Shown piece by piece: positions 27,055 to 40,964 of a stretch of 64,000 bases of DNA. Source of the stretch: Octopus vulgaris. Taxonomy: Eukaryota. The DNA lies in assembly GCA_951406725.2 (NCBI GenBank), contig OX597819.1, positions 25,606,001-25,670,000 of the forward strand. Reading direction: 5' to 3'. The notes beneath the pieces are model-generated. The model made no database searches. It was not told the DNA's origin and worked only from the letters and a program-made list of their open reading frames with translations. A program made the position numbers and the translations under genes. Numbering within the stretch: position 1 is the first letter of the stretch; the number at the start of each line of letters is the position of its first letter.

Positions 27055-29011
27055 TACTGGTTTAAAGTTCTAGCACAAAGACTGCAAATACTGAACTGGT
27101 CTTTATTTTGTCGAATCCGAAAAGATGAAAGTCAGTGTCGACCTCGCTGGAATTTGAACTCACAACGGAAAGACGGACGATATGCCGCTAAGATTTGTAT
27201 AATATTACACTATCTAATGTGCTCTTTTAGTTTGATAGGGGTAGTGTGTCATTTTGGTGGGATTTGACAGCTATTTCTCGCAAATCTTACGTTCACATAG
27301 AAACATGCACCTTTTGGTTGCCTTTCAGCGGAAACAGTGTACATTTTGGATTGCTGTAAGAAAATTGCTAAATATGTTGGAAGATTCGAAATTGGCTGTT
27401 GGTGGTACAACGTTTTGGACACTTTACTAAGAAACAATCATATATTTTTTTTACGTAACTTGTTAATTATTTAGTCCAGGGCATAATTCTCAATCGCACA
27501 GATAAACCATTTTGCGTTGAAAATAAGCTTGAGGGCATAACTAATCATTGTATTTTGAAAAGGCACATCTGTGCAGATTCATTTCCTTTGTTGGAAGGAA
27601 ACAAAATCAATACACTTAGGCAGTTTCTGTGATTTAAAAGCTGTCACTGGAAACTACGAAGATTTCTCAATACAATGGAATAATGTAGAAAACACGTTTT
27701 TTTCTGTTATATAGCAATCTATGTGCAACAGGCACGCTGGTAACTGGTTTCCAACGAACCAATCACTGATTCAATACATTATCTATGACAGTAGTTACAA
27801 AGCTGTGCCAAATACTATGACGAAAACCGCTTTTCGTTTTTCTCGTCGATATCTTTACCAATATACGCAAACGAAAGCCATCCACACACACACACACACT
27901 CATACACATATGCACATATACAACGGTTTCTACGTAGTTTTCATCTAGTAAATCTTACTCACAAGTTATTAGTGAATCCAAAGAACTTTCCGAAAATGCC
28001 GCGCAATGGAATCGAACTCAAGATTCGTGGTTACCTAGAAAGCTTCTGGTCCATACAGTCATATCTGTGCCCTGGTAGTAGCTTTATATATTGCTGGTAA
28101 AATATTTTTTCGTTCGATATTGCTGGCGTACATGAAATGAAGTTTATAAATGTTTGGCACGAAAGTGTATTATCTTCGACGGAAGCTTTAAAATTCCAAT
28201 TAGGAAGTATAGATATTGTTGACACAACACTTCATTTCGCTAGTTATTACCTTAGATATTACTTGCACATATAAAATGAAATTTGAAGTCGCATTAAGTT
28301 GTTTATGAACATTATAATTGCGTTTACATTAGGCAACAGAGATTGTATTATTCATATAATGCCCAATATCGATATAATTGTATATATAGCTATTCATCAC
28401 AATTTCGTCTTTAATTAATGATTTCTTAGTTGAAATAATGGGCCATTTTGTTTAATTGATGTTATCGAATATTAAGTTCGCTACAAAGAATGACAATTCC
28501 TTAAATAATAATGGATTTCTTCTCAATGATAATTATTAGATGTAAAGTAAGCCTATTCATACACTAGCCAGAGGCGGTGAAAGGAAAAGGGCTGCTGATC
28601 TTTTCAGGCTCCTCGAAGCTGTGCTATTGATACAGCTGTTTCCCCAGAGTGACTATTCACAGATAGATATATTGGGGAAGGGAGATAAGCAGGGATATAC
28701 TTTGAAATTACTGGTTGGATTACATTGTATACATCCAATCAAGGAATGACTGTTACACCGGGTAGGGTGTTAGCTATCACAACACCAGCCAACACAGTGA
28801 CTCGCAACATCACCCGTAACTCACCATACGTAGAAACTAGTAAGGTATTGTAGTAATACAGAGATGTACTGGGTTTCACAAACGAGAAATTTGATATCGT
28901 TGAGTGATGATTTCCTTTTTATCCTTGAGAAATTGGTGCCCAGTTCAACCTAAGACCAGCGTAATCAGTGGTCATTGTTTGAACCTTCGATTAAATGATG
29001 AGTATCAAATG

Positions 29012-29102
29012 ATGAGTTTTACGTAAAATATATAACACAAGAGAAAATGGATCACCATGAGTCTTACATAAAATATATAACACAAGAGAAAATGGACCAT
29101 GA
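29012..29102. repeat. 45-bp tandem duplication
   Basis: ATGAGT(T/C)TTAC(G/A)TAAAATATATAACACAAGAGAAAATGGA x2. Confidence 0.9.
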
Positions 29103-29289
29103 AAGACAGCTATGAGATATTCTATCGTTTAAGGTTTGATAATTTTGGAAGGCCGTTTGCTTTTCTAAACACTTAAAACACTGGTATTATTAAATATCAA
29201 CAATTAAATTTCATTTACAGCATGATTTCAGTATCGTGAAAGTACATCAAAACCAGCTGTTTGTTTCCGATTATGTATGGGTTTCAAAT

Positions 29290-29495
29290 ATTGTCTCAAG
29301 ATCGGCAATTTAAGGGAGGGGGAGATAAGTCGATTACATCGAACCCCATTGTTCAACTGGTAATTATCTTATCGATATCAAAATGATGAAAAGCAAGGTC
29401 GACCCCGGCGCAATTTGAACTCAGAACGTAAAGACGGGTAGAATGCCACTAAGCATTTTGCATAGCTTGTTAACGATTCTGCCAGCTCGCCGCCT
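29290..29495 (-). mobile_element. SINE family D copy
   Basis: AGTCGATTACATCGAACCC...ATTCTGCCAGCTCGCCGCC. Confidence 0.75.
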
Positions 29496-31418
29496 TATTT
29501 CAGATTCGTATAAGCCAGTCAGGCCAAGAGTGTTGAATCTTGGATCCCTACTTAGCGAATGAAAACATATTTATGAAATGCATTTTTCTCTTTCTATATT
29601 TGAAACTAAAACCAATTTTCAGATTAGTACTCATCTTTTTCAACATTATTAACAACATATTACTATTATTGACACACAGCAATTTATTTAAGAGTCATAC
29701 GATTTTGTTGTTAAGACTGCAATTATCATAGTCTGAAGCAGTAGGCATCACATTTAACACCTTGTATCAATCGTGGTGGTACATGATTGCAACAATTATT
29801 TTAGGTTCTTGAAAGCAAAATGGCTGCACGCATGCATTAAGAACTGTAGCGAACAATACCAAAGCTACAATCTAGCCAGAAACTATCAGTGAAGACTAAT
29901 TAAAAAAAAATATCTAAAAATACCTGATTATGTTATCTCATACAAAAAGCGAATCATTTGTGTTCTCACAGATATCGTGAACTCTTTCGCACTACATATT
30001 GCTGGTTAAAACGTATAGAATTTAACAAAGCACGAAACTTAAAAGATTGTATGGCACAGTATATAGCGAACGAGATTAGAATCAATGGTAGCTTATTAAT
30101 GCATCGAATAAACAAAGGAATTAAAACACAAAGGATTGTATAAGAAACACATCATACACACGGACATATACATGTATGCGACGTATGTGTGCGTGTGTAT
30201 AGGTGTGTCTGTGTGTCTATGCGTGTTTGTGTGTAAAAGAACATATAAGAAGCATATGACTGTTGCCCAAAGACTGGATACATACCGAATACGTTAACGA
30301 GATTAAAAAAAAAAAGATAATTTTAAAAGCAGCAGAAAATATAACACCCTGCACCTTAAACATAGCAATTACTGAAAAAGCGAAAGAAATATCAGCAACT
30401 CGAGCAGTTCCTTTCCGAGTAAGAATGCAGATGCAGAAAGGATACACGAAATCATGGAAATACGATAAACTTTATCTTAATTAGATATATCGTCATAATT
30501 TTCGAAGCGTTATTTATTGAGGCATAGGAAGCTGACTTATTTCCTATTCTTATTTTATAGAATACGTGATAATCGTTTCTAATACAGACAAAAGGTTAGG
30601 TTTTTGTCGGTATCATCGTTTTCCGTACTTGACAAGTAATTATTTTATCGATCCTGAAATGCCGAACTTCAGCAGTTGAACATAGAATGTAAAATCCCAA
30701 ATGAAAAATCGGAAGGTGTTTTGCCAGACGCCCACCCTTTGTCCTGAAAATCCAGATAAGTAAAGTGTTACATTGGCTCAGATATGATATTATTCAGAAC
30801 GCAGATAATTTTTACTAAATATTGATTTCTTATAATGGCTTCAAATCTTCGTTTGGCAATTGTGGATTAGACCAATTAGCTGGAACTTATTAAATCAAAC
30901 TAAAAATAATGAATGTCAAACTATATTCCAACAAATTTTCAACTGAGAATGTGAAAAGATCTTAGGTGAATGATGAAAGGAGTTGAAATAGTCCCGATGG
31001 GAATGATCACTGAATCGCAAAGAAAATAAAATTAGGGATGAAGAATGGAACCGAAATTCGAATGGCAAGGATACTAAAGAAGGGGCTCTCAAATTGAGAT
31101 GATGATACTGAAAAAACCCCTGGTAATTCATTATCACTTGTTGCACGGAATATCGAAACGACACACCATTCACCTACGATATGGGTGGCTCTATATCCCC
31201 AAAAATATTTGAAAACATACGTGGAAATATTGTTCTTTATCTGTAATAAATACAATGCAGAAAACTTGTTTACCAGACTCAGCAAGAATTAGCCAAAAAG
31301 TACACGCTACAATGTAAGCATGAATGCGGAGAGCGGAAAAACAATTTATATAGAAGGTCCAAGTACCCCTCGAAACAATTTGCAATTGCGTAATTAAGCA
31401 TAATTCGTTAAATAACAG

Positions 31419-31488
<70 letters not shown>
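31419..31488 (+). repeat. (CTA)n microsatellite
   Basis: Direct reading. Confidence 0.95.
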
Positions 31489-31489
<1 letters not shown>

Positions 31490-32124
31490 AAGGTACATAC
31501 TTATAATATGTACATACTTAGAGCAGGCCCGTTCACTTGAACCATCCTTACCGCTATCATCCATTATAAGCACAAAGCCAGAAACTAGTCCGTCGCATCG
31601 ACCTCAGTGTTCAACTGGTACGTATTGTATCCACTCTGAAATGATAAAAGGCAACGTCTCATCGTCTTTCTCCTTGGTATACTCGACTTGGAACAGACTG
31701 AGATAGCCTTGCCGTCTTCGAAAGTAAGCGGAGAGTTGTATGCTTGTTGACATTTCACCCGGCCGTTTGTCATTCTTTAATCGTAGCAATCGCTACCAAA
31801 CCATATTGTGCCAAATTGTTAAAACTAAAGCGAAAGTCAATGTGATTGCTAAGGTTTTACATCCTGGTACATACTTCTTCGCCTGAAACACTTGGCACAA
31901 ATTTCGCACTCCCCGTCTCTCTCGCTCTCTCTTCCCCTCTCTCTCTCTATCTCTCTCTCTCTCTCTCATCGTGTTCAATCCTATAATCATCGCTGGCCAT
32001 AGCCCTCCAAGCCTAAAGCAGTTATTTCAGGATATTGGTGGGTTTTCCCGGGAAAAACATACTAGTCACTTGGTATCTGAGCTTATCCTTGAGGTACAGA
32101 TCATATACTTGTTATATGCCCATG

Positions 32125-32377
32125 AGCATATGGCGTAGTGGTTAAGAGTCTACTAATCCCCAAAATTCCGAGTTCGATTCCAGGCAGTAACCTAAATAAT
32201 AATAATTATAATAATAACATCTAAAAATACCTTAAGAATGAGAACCCAGGTTCGAAAGTTCTCCAAGAGACCTGATGAAGGCTGGAGGGTATGTCAGCCG
32301 AAACGTTGTGTTAACAACAAACAAGATGCGAACAAATATCCGTCAAATATAAATAATGTAAATAATGTAATGTAATG
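32125..32377 (+). mobile_element. Short element with tRNA-like Pol III head + hammerhead ribozyme (family H4), copy 1
   Basis: A box TGGCGTAGTGG (32131-32141), B box GAGTTCGATTCC (32170-32181), (AAT)n linker, HHR, (AATGT)n-like end; second copy at 46759-46988. Confidence 0.75.
32267..32312 (+). ncRNA. Type-I hammerhead ribozyme motif (H4)
   Basis: GAGAC-CTGATGA-A-GGCTG(GAGGGTATGT)CAGCC-GAAAC-GTT^GTGTT; palindrome AACGTT. Confidence 0.75.
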
Positions 32378-32774
32378 TTGCTCCGAACATGTACCAATTC
32401 CTAATCTCTTAGATATTAAAGGGGTCTCCAGTGTTCCTAATGAGACAGAGACAATATTTTCAGTATCAGTCATGAAGAATAGGGTGTCTCTGTGTTAAGA
32501 AACTTAGCCATAGTGATTTCACCTGTACGAAAATACTTATGTTCAACTTTTCAGTGTTAGTAGTGAGCATTTAAATACAAAGACGAGAAGAATAAGAAAT
32601 TTCTGTGTCGACAGTACCTTCATTCTGGCGCTTGTGTGTATATTACCATTATTGCAAATAAAGTCACTATTTATTTTTTTGTTATTTTATTGTGTTAATA
32701 TACTTTTCCCGTGTGTATCTTTCCAAAAATAATTTTTTATTCATTTTGTTGAAAATGACTGCTTTTTCAATTCC

Positions 32775-32833
<59 letters not shown>

Positions 32834-34776
32834 ATGTGTGTGTATGTGTGTGTGTGTGCGTGCGTATGTGTGTGTGTGTGAGTGTGTCTGTGCTTGTAGT
32901 GAAGACTTACAGAGGTGTTGAAATGTTGACGTATCTTCATATTTTTCGTTGTGGACGCCATTATTTGCAAGTATCAAAGATAATACAACAAAAAATATTT
33001 TAAAAAAACAATTGCCCTTGTATATTTTGGTGAAAATAATATCGAATCTTGCTTAGAATGTTCTGCTTTGTATAATTCAACTGAAAGTGAATGGTTAACA
33101 TCAGCTCTGCTAAAGATAAAATTTGTAAACAACTTTAGACAGGAAGAGCAATGAAGAAAAGTATTTTGACAATCCAGAATAGAATAATATTTCTTTCTAT
33201 TACTAGTAAAATACTTGAAATTTATAATGAGAAGCTAGTCAATTACACCGATCTCAGTGATTATTTTAGAAATATTTTTGTTCTTTTCTGAATTAAAAAT
33301 TGGGAAATTAACCCCGGAAACATCCATCAATAAATAAAGAACCGAAATTAAGGAAATTTACATTAAATTCAATTAATATGTGTTCGTCGTTCAGTGAGAA
33401 TATAATGGAAACGTTAATACCAGAAAAAAAAACAGATTTCTTGATTCGTCGTTTGCCTCAAGGTGGTTTCTCGCAATATGGTTCTGTAACTGATTTGCCG
33501 CAATATGGAAGACCACGTTCACTCCGTTTGTAGTTTCAGTCGGCAAGTTTACGCAACAGTTTTCAACGAGAACAGGAAACACCGATTTTTCAGATGTTCT
33601 CAACAATTAGGGATGGCCCTAATGTCATTATATCGCATTGCAACTTATTTGAATTTGTGCTCGTGCAAACTGCAATAAACAGAAAATTTGAAAGCGAGCG
33701 CACATCAGCAGCGGTTGAAAGCCATATGTTGGGCAAAAAGAAAGTAATATTTTTGATAAGATGATTATGATCCTATAAGCCCATTTCCATTTGAACGGTT
33801 TTATTTTTAATAAGTAGATCTATCGGATTCGGAGTTTAAGACATATTATAGTTATTCAGCAACATGAGTCGTATATACACATATGTACAACCCGGTGTGG
33901 TGTTACGCAAGAAACTGTCATTGGACTTTGCAACATGGTTCTTTTTTATTTTAGTGAAGATTCCGACGCTTTTACAAACACTGTTGTATGGCATCAGGTT
34001 ATGATAGATAATTTCTGGCGCCAAGCAGTGCATAATAAATTTGAAATGTTATTTGTTCAAGAAAATGGAGCTATTAGTCACTTTGCCTTTAGCTACGGTG
34101 AAGCTTAGAAAACAAACTCTTAATTACTGAATAATAACAACATCATCGCTGCTTACAGTTTTCAAACGGGGTCAGACTATGCTTTACTGAATTTATGAAA
34201 GCGAGAGCCGAAAGGGCGTATCTATAAACCGGAAATTTCACAAATACCTCAGCAATTTTGATGGAAGGGAGTTAATCGAATTTGTCAATCCAGTACCAGA
34301 GCAGTACTTTATTTTATGGAACTCTGAGGTATGAAAAACAAAGCGGGCTTCAGCGAGATTTGTACCCAGGACGTAAAAATCCGGGACAATACCACGAGGC
34401 GTTTTGTTTGACGCTCTACCCACCACCCTAACAACTGTAAGGGTGTTGGTGTAATTGCACTGTCCTTGTAAATGTTTCTAATTTAGAAATACGTTCATCA
34501 GTCATTTAAGTAGAGAGTGTTAGTTGATATCATTGGTCTCATTTGATTAGTACTTCATTTTATCGAATCCGAAAGGATAAATGTCAAAGTTGACATCGGC
34601 GAGACTTGAACACAGAATGTAAAGAACCGGAACAAATAGAGTAAATCATATTTCCCAAAGGTAAAATTGTTTCTGCAAATCCACTACCCTCTGGACCTGC
34701 TAAAAATGGTACAAGACTGACTCTGACAGAAATGGAAATGGGGCTGCAGCGGAAAATCGATTGTAATAAAACACAT

Positions 34777-35096
34777 TTGTTTTCTTATGCGCCCTTTTCA
34801 AGCCTAGCCAGGCTCATTGGGTCCGGTTTCCCGGTTTCTGTGGCGGATGTATTCTCCCCAGCTGGACGGGAGGCCAGTCCATCGCAGCATTACTCAAGAA
34901 GCAAGAAGAGAGAGTGAGAGAAAGTTGAGGCGAAAGAGTACAACAGGGGTCGCCACCCACCACCCCTTGCCGGAGCCTCGGGGAGCTTTAGGTGTTTTCG
35001 CTCAATAAACACACACAACGCCCGGTCTGGGAATCGAAACCGCGGTCGGAGGATCGCGAGTTCGCTGCCCTAACTACTGGGCCATTGCACCTCCAC
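34777..35096 (-). mobile_element. tRNA-derived SINE, head 1 + V-domain-like tail
   Basis: Head GTGGAGGTGCAATGGCCCAGTAGTTAGGGC, GCTGCGATGGACTGG motif; imperfect 12-bp TSD AATAAAACA(C/A)AT. Confidence 0.8.
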
Positions 35097-35982
35097 AATA
35101 AAACAAATAGGAATAATATAACGAAGTATATACCTAACATACTCACATGCTTGAACGATGTACCTCTATGAAATACTCGACATTCTAGAGATAGTAGTGA
35201 AACCACTCTGAAATCACTTACTATTTGTTAGAAAACACATCAGATAATGTGGACCTGAGTTCCTTGTACATCGGAATCAGAAGTTATGACTTGAATACCT
35301 GTGAAAATACTCAGGTGAAGTCAGAGTTGTCAGGTTAAAATAGCAAAAAACAGGACAAAATGGTCTCCATATGGTTACTTGGCCTTCTACAAATAGCAAC
35401 TAAATCCATCTTCTTTGAAGAATGGACATTACAGAGATTCTTAAAAAGTTAGTATCGTCACGGTTAGACAGACTTTGAAAGTAAGACCGCATAGATTATG
35501 GTTGTCATTGAGCCAAATAGCAAGAACGAGAACAACAACAGCAACAACAAAAATATCAAAAACAACAACAGCAGACACTTGGCGTGAGAGTGAAGCATCA
35601 ACAAAACCGCTTATAGCTTTTATACACGGAATAGCAAAAGCGAAAGAAACAGTAGATAAAATTTATTGAACAGAAAAGGAAATAAAATGGAAAAGACATA
35701 TTAAAGAGTGAACTTATGTTCGAGCAAGATGTCATCCTATGACATTTCGAAAATAAATTCACGGCAGAAACAACAGATAACGAAAGAAAATAAGAAATAA
35801 AATTTGTTTTTTTAATCTTAGAAATTGCAAAAAAAAAAAGACAAAAAAAAATAATCAATAAACAAAAAAGGAAAAAAGATGTCTCAATAACATTTTAGAT
35901 GTCACATTTCGATGAATACAACTGGTCTGACGAGGAGATTGTTGTTGTTGCTGGTGTTGTTGTCGATGTTATTGTTGTTGCC

Positions 35983-36200
35983 CTTCTTCTTCTTCTTCTT
36001 CTTCTTCTTCTTCTTCTTCTTCTTCTTCTTCTTCCTCCTCCTTCTCCTCCTCCTCCTCCTCCTCCTCCTCCTCCTATTCTTCTTCTTCTTCTTCTTCCAC
36101 TTCTTCCTCCTCCTCCTATTCTTCTTCTTCTTCTTCTTCTTCCACTTCCTCCTCCTCCTCCACCTCCTCTTCTTCTTCTTCTTCTTCTTCTTCTTCTTTT
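35983..36200 (+). repeat. (CTT)n/(CCT)n polypyrimidine microsatellite
   Basis: Direct reading. Confidence 0.95.
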
Positions 36201-37676
36201 TTATTCTTTTTACCCCTCCCTCTTAATCCGCCTGCTTTTCTTCGTCGTCTTCATTTTTTCTTCACTCCTACTTCCTTTATTTTCATTCTTTTCTCCTCAG
36301 CTTTCTCTCTATTCTTCATGTTCATCTATTATATGTTCATTCATCGCTTTCCCGTCAACTTGTTAGCCGAACGTATCTGCACTTGAAATTCAGTGAAAAC
36401 CATTCAATTGCTTTGTGTTTTGTGTCACTACTACGCCCAACAAACTCAGACCATATGGATGTAAAGGCATACAATATCAAAGTCATCGTCCAGAGCACCA
36501 CATAATTGGTAAGTTCAAAAATCCATCTTTAGCTATAGCAGAGAAATGGATAACGGCCACCATGTTTATTTTAATGAAGATTTTATGTCTTCAACATTGC
36601 TTTGAATCCTCACACCTACAACTTCACAATGTTTCGTATCCTGAGTTTCTGAAATAACAGCTAAGTCCGCAATGAATTATACCCTAAGATCTTGAAATAA
36701 GAAGGACGGATTGGCCAATGTAGTTCGAGATATGTAATGTCCGAGGAAAGAGTGTGTGAAGTCATGGCGGGAGTGGCTTTCATCATAAGTGTGTTCTGTC
36801 TGTTTGAATGTTATTAGTCTAAACACAAGCAGCGAAACGAAGAGCTGTATCCGGTGTAAAAGAAATGAAGAACTCATAGCATAATATAGTTCTAGAGATA
36901 CTCACTCAAAAAACAAAAAGAACCCCAACCAAAAAAAAAACCTACTACTGCTACTACTAGTTTGTTGTCTTGGCCTCTCACTGATTCGCTTCCTCCTCTA
37001 CATTCTCTTTTTAAATGTTGATATATTATATGAGTATCATGGTAGATTAACTACCCAACTATTTACCATTCTCTTTTTCTGAAATCATTACAGGTGTATG
37101 TAGTTCAAGAAGCTAGAGATACAATCGTCACATTAGGCTGTCGTGTTCCAGCCTGGTCTCGTACTTATCTGTAATTCGTAGCTATTTAAAATATATATTT
37201 GTCTGAATGTGAGTCTTTAGTTAGTTTATCACCATTTCGCTATCATGCAGAGTTCATTTTTAAGTAAGTTAAAAGAAGATAAAGGAAAAAAATCTTGTCT
37301 GCGCACAATAGCAAGGCTATTGAATGCTTTACAATTTCGAAATGTAGGAAATTTTCCCCGTCCACAGCCATAGTGAAAGACATCACAAAGCGGTAGCAAC
37401 ATTTAGTTTCAACGATTCTAGAGTCGTCTGTTTTGTTAAATAACAGAGTTTATAAATTTTGAATACGTCTAATTCATGGTTTTGTCTCCTTTGTAGAAAT
37501 ATCATTGTATAATAACAAGAAATGCGATGTCCTCAATATGTATACATGTATACATACAAACGCAAACAAGCCATAGACAGACGTGCGTGCGCGAAACGCT
37601 CCCACACAGGCACACACACACACAAACACAGGTATGAGAGCTGTACCCAAAGTAATAGAAAAGTTTAAACAGGTTA

Positions 37677-38623
37677 CTGTGGTTAGGCAAAAGGTTCGGT
37701 CGCTCTCTTAACGAAAAATGAAACATATTTAAAATATAAAGCTATTTATTCAATCAATGGTATAAGTGCTCTTTTAGTTTCAGTATCTTCAACCGTCTTA
37801 TGAGCAGATCCATTATTCTCTGCTCAAAGAGTGTCCTGTCTTTACTGACGATGAATTTTTCCAGTTTAATTTTTACATTCTCTTCTGAACTAAAGGTCGG
37901 TACATTCAATGAATATTGAAGAGGCTGAAACAAGTGGAAATCTGAAGCCTCAAGATCAGACGAATATGGAATATGAAGCAAAATTCCCCACTCTAGTCCC
38001 ATTTACGTCTGCCACGATTACAAATAAGTGTGCAGTCCGGTATTGTATTGTCGTGACAAAATACAATGTATTTACGACTAGCAAGATAGTGAATGCTTCT
38101 GATTATCATTGTGCTTAAATTGCCCAGTTGGTGATAGTGCCCAACCGAATTGGTGGTCCTCTTCTTGGTAAGATGCTCGTAAAAATACATCAACCCGCCA
38201 ATACTTTCCTTAAATAAGGCCTTGCTTTGGAGTTTTTTTGTGGTGGTTCACCGTACTTCTCCCATCATTTTTTGTGCTCCACATTGTTATAGACGATCCG
38301 TACTTTGTCTCCTCTCAACATTCTCTTCAAAAGAGTATCATTTTCTTTACATTTCAGTAACTAGTCGCAGATTGACACTCGGTGGGCCATGTTTTCATCA
38401 TTTAATTTATGTGGAACTCAGATTATCGAACCTGCTGATGCACCTAAGATCACGCAAATAGTTTTCAACATTGCTTTTTTTAAGATAAAAAGAAACGTAA
38501 GTGGGCGGTTTTAATCATACAAAATAAAACTTGTGTCGTCACAAGTTCGGCTTAAACTACATTGGCGTGTCAGGTATCTAACTAGTGTGCAGGCGCAAAG
38601 GAAAAAAGGGAACAAACCCAATA
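37677..38623 (-). mobile_element. Decayed mariner (DD34D-type) element
   Basis: HDN and LHIPYSSDLEASDFHLFQPLQ motifs; TATTGGGTT-like TIR at the right end. Confidence 0.75.
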
Positions 38624-39068
38624 TTGTTTTTAGCTGATACAAGTCGTTCAGACTGCATATGCGTGTAGAACAACTCTTCATCTACATTAACTCGTCTTCC
38701 TGTCCTTCGTTACAGGCAAATATTGAGTTTTAAATAGAAGCAACGTGTCATCGATGAATTCTTGTCGAAGAAGTGGTGCAGTCTGCATGATGTTTACAGT
38801 AGAATATCTGTTATTTAGAAGATACCATTGATGTGATTATTGTTCGTACATAGTTGGCGTTTCAAGACGAGGACATCCAATAACAAAATCCTCCCAATAA
38901 CCATGAAATAAGCGTTTGAAAACCTCACTTTTTAAAATATTTACTTTGGCTTAATTTCATCTCAATGTATTCTGATTCCAAAACTTAACGCATTGGACAT
39001 TGAATTCCATCCCTCCGAGGCTGATAAAATTAGCGTCAGCCAAATACTGGCATAGATCCATCTGGTAC

Positions 39069-39111
<43 letters not shown>

Positions 39112-39154
39112 ATCTACATTTAGGGGAACAGAGAAATAAATATTTCTAAGGTAT

Positions 39155-39543
39155 GGATGGAAGCACTCCGTCGGTTACGACGACGAGGGTTCCGGTTGAT
39201 CCGAATCAACGGAACAGCCTGCTCGTGAAATTAACGTGTAAGTGGCTGAGCACTCCACAGACACGTGTACCCTTAACGCAGTTCTCGGGGATATTCAGCG
39301 TGACACAGAGAGTGACAAGGCCGGCCCCTTGAAATACAGGTACAACAGAAACAGGAAGTAAGAGTGAGAGAAAGTTGTGGTGAAAGAGTACAGCAGGGAT
39401 CACCACCATCCCCTGCCGGAGCCTCGTGGAACTTTTAGGTGTTTTCGCTCAATAAACACTCACAACGCCCGGTCTGGAAATCGAAACCGCGATCCTACGA
39501 CCGCGAGTCCGCTGCCCTAACCACTGGGCCATTGCGCCTCCAC
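39155..39543 (-). mobile_element. tRNA-derived SINE, head 1 + tail B, perfect 13-bp TSD
   Basis: TSD ATTTCTAAGGTAT at 39142-39154 and 39544-39556; head shared with 62985, tail shared with 25989-26132. Confidence 0.9.
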
Positions 39544-40888
39544 ATTTCTAAGGTATACACATGAGCTCAAGTTGCAGAGTAAGATGTTTGACTGGTGTTT
39601 AATTCCCCAATATCAGAACGATGAAAGTTAAAGATGACACCGGTGGAAATGTGTACAGTAATCATGATAACGGCTGTTTCTAAAATAAGCACGAAGTCAA
39701 AAATTTCTGGTTGGCTAAGAAACTGGAATTTCTTAATCGTCACTATATTAATTGAAGTATTGAACAGGTAATATATTTCATTGACCATATGAGGATGAAA
39801 AATAAAGTTGACCTCGACGGGATTTAAAATAAGAAAACAAAAATCACCGCGGGAAATATCTGCAAGCATATTCCCTCACGCTCTAACAATTCTGCCAATA
39901 CATCGTCCTTAGTATTGATTTCTTACGCGTGCACAAGACTAGATATTTGGGGAAAGAATTAACTGGAAAAATTGAGCTCATATCTTCACACTAATGATTT
40001 ATACTATCTTTCTCTGAATTTTGAAAACCAAAGCTGTTTGAGGAAAAATAGTAATAATTATGATAATAATAACTATTTCTAATTTAGGCACAATACTAGA
40101 AATTTTTGATAGAGGATGTTAATTACTACTATGGAACCAAGTAACTTATTTTATCAATCCAGAAGGGATGAATGGCAATTGGTTTATTTCTCTCATCATT
40201 ACAAATATTACAACCAATAATACTATCACCAATAAATGAATCATTCGTTGTTGGATCATCAGAGAACTACATCTGTTTGAACACACACAATCCACAGCAA
40301 ATATCATTAGCTTACAGTAATGTCTTCTCTCTAAGATCTACTTACCATTTATATATTACTCTGAAGAATATTCTTTCTAATCTTTTGTGAAGTAATTTCA
40401 TTAAAATGAGATATTAACTGTTTCCTGCAGATTCCTAATTAACCGAATTTTTAATTACCATTTTAAACATGGATTGAACAGATCCACGAATAGTAAAATA
40501 ATATTTATTGTGGAATAGCATTTATATAAATGTCAGATAAATTGCACCAAATATAAAATATAGAAACGTTAAGAATATATTCGGTTGATTAACCTGATTT
40601 CCACATTGTAGATTTATTCGTAAAAAAGCAAATGAAAACTGAAATTCTTGTAAAGCAAATAACTGAATAGATCTTGAACGTACGAAATTGTTGTTATAAA
40701 CGTATCGGAGAAGGAATGTAACAAGAGCGATGAAATTCAAAAGTAGATGTCCACCTATAATTAATAAGGAATCTTCTTCTTGTGTATTTTGTACTTAAAT
40801 GCAGCCGAGCAGCATCACTATGGTGCGAAAGGCAACATAAACGTTATGGGACAAAATTGGAATAGACAGGCGGAAAAAAACTCGGGTT

Positions 40889-40960
<72 letters not shown>

Positions 40961-40964
<4 letters not shown>

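Noticed and set aside
32125-32190. tRNA gene calls for A/B-box sequences here and in other SINE heads
   Set aside because: No complete cloverleaf or acceptor stem; they run on into repeat bodies present in several diverged copies.
35899-36366. 155-aa Leu/Pro-rich ORF resembling a membrane or extensin-like protein
   Set aside because: Derived entirely from (GTT)n, (CTT)n and (CCT)n repeats.
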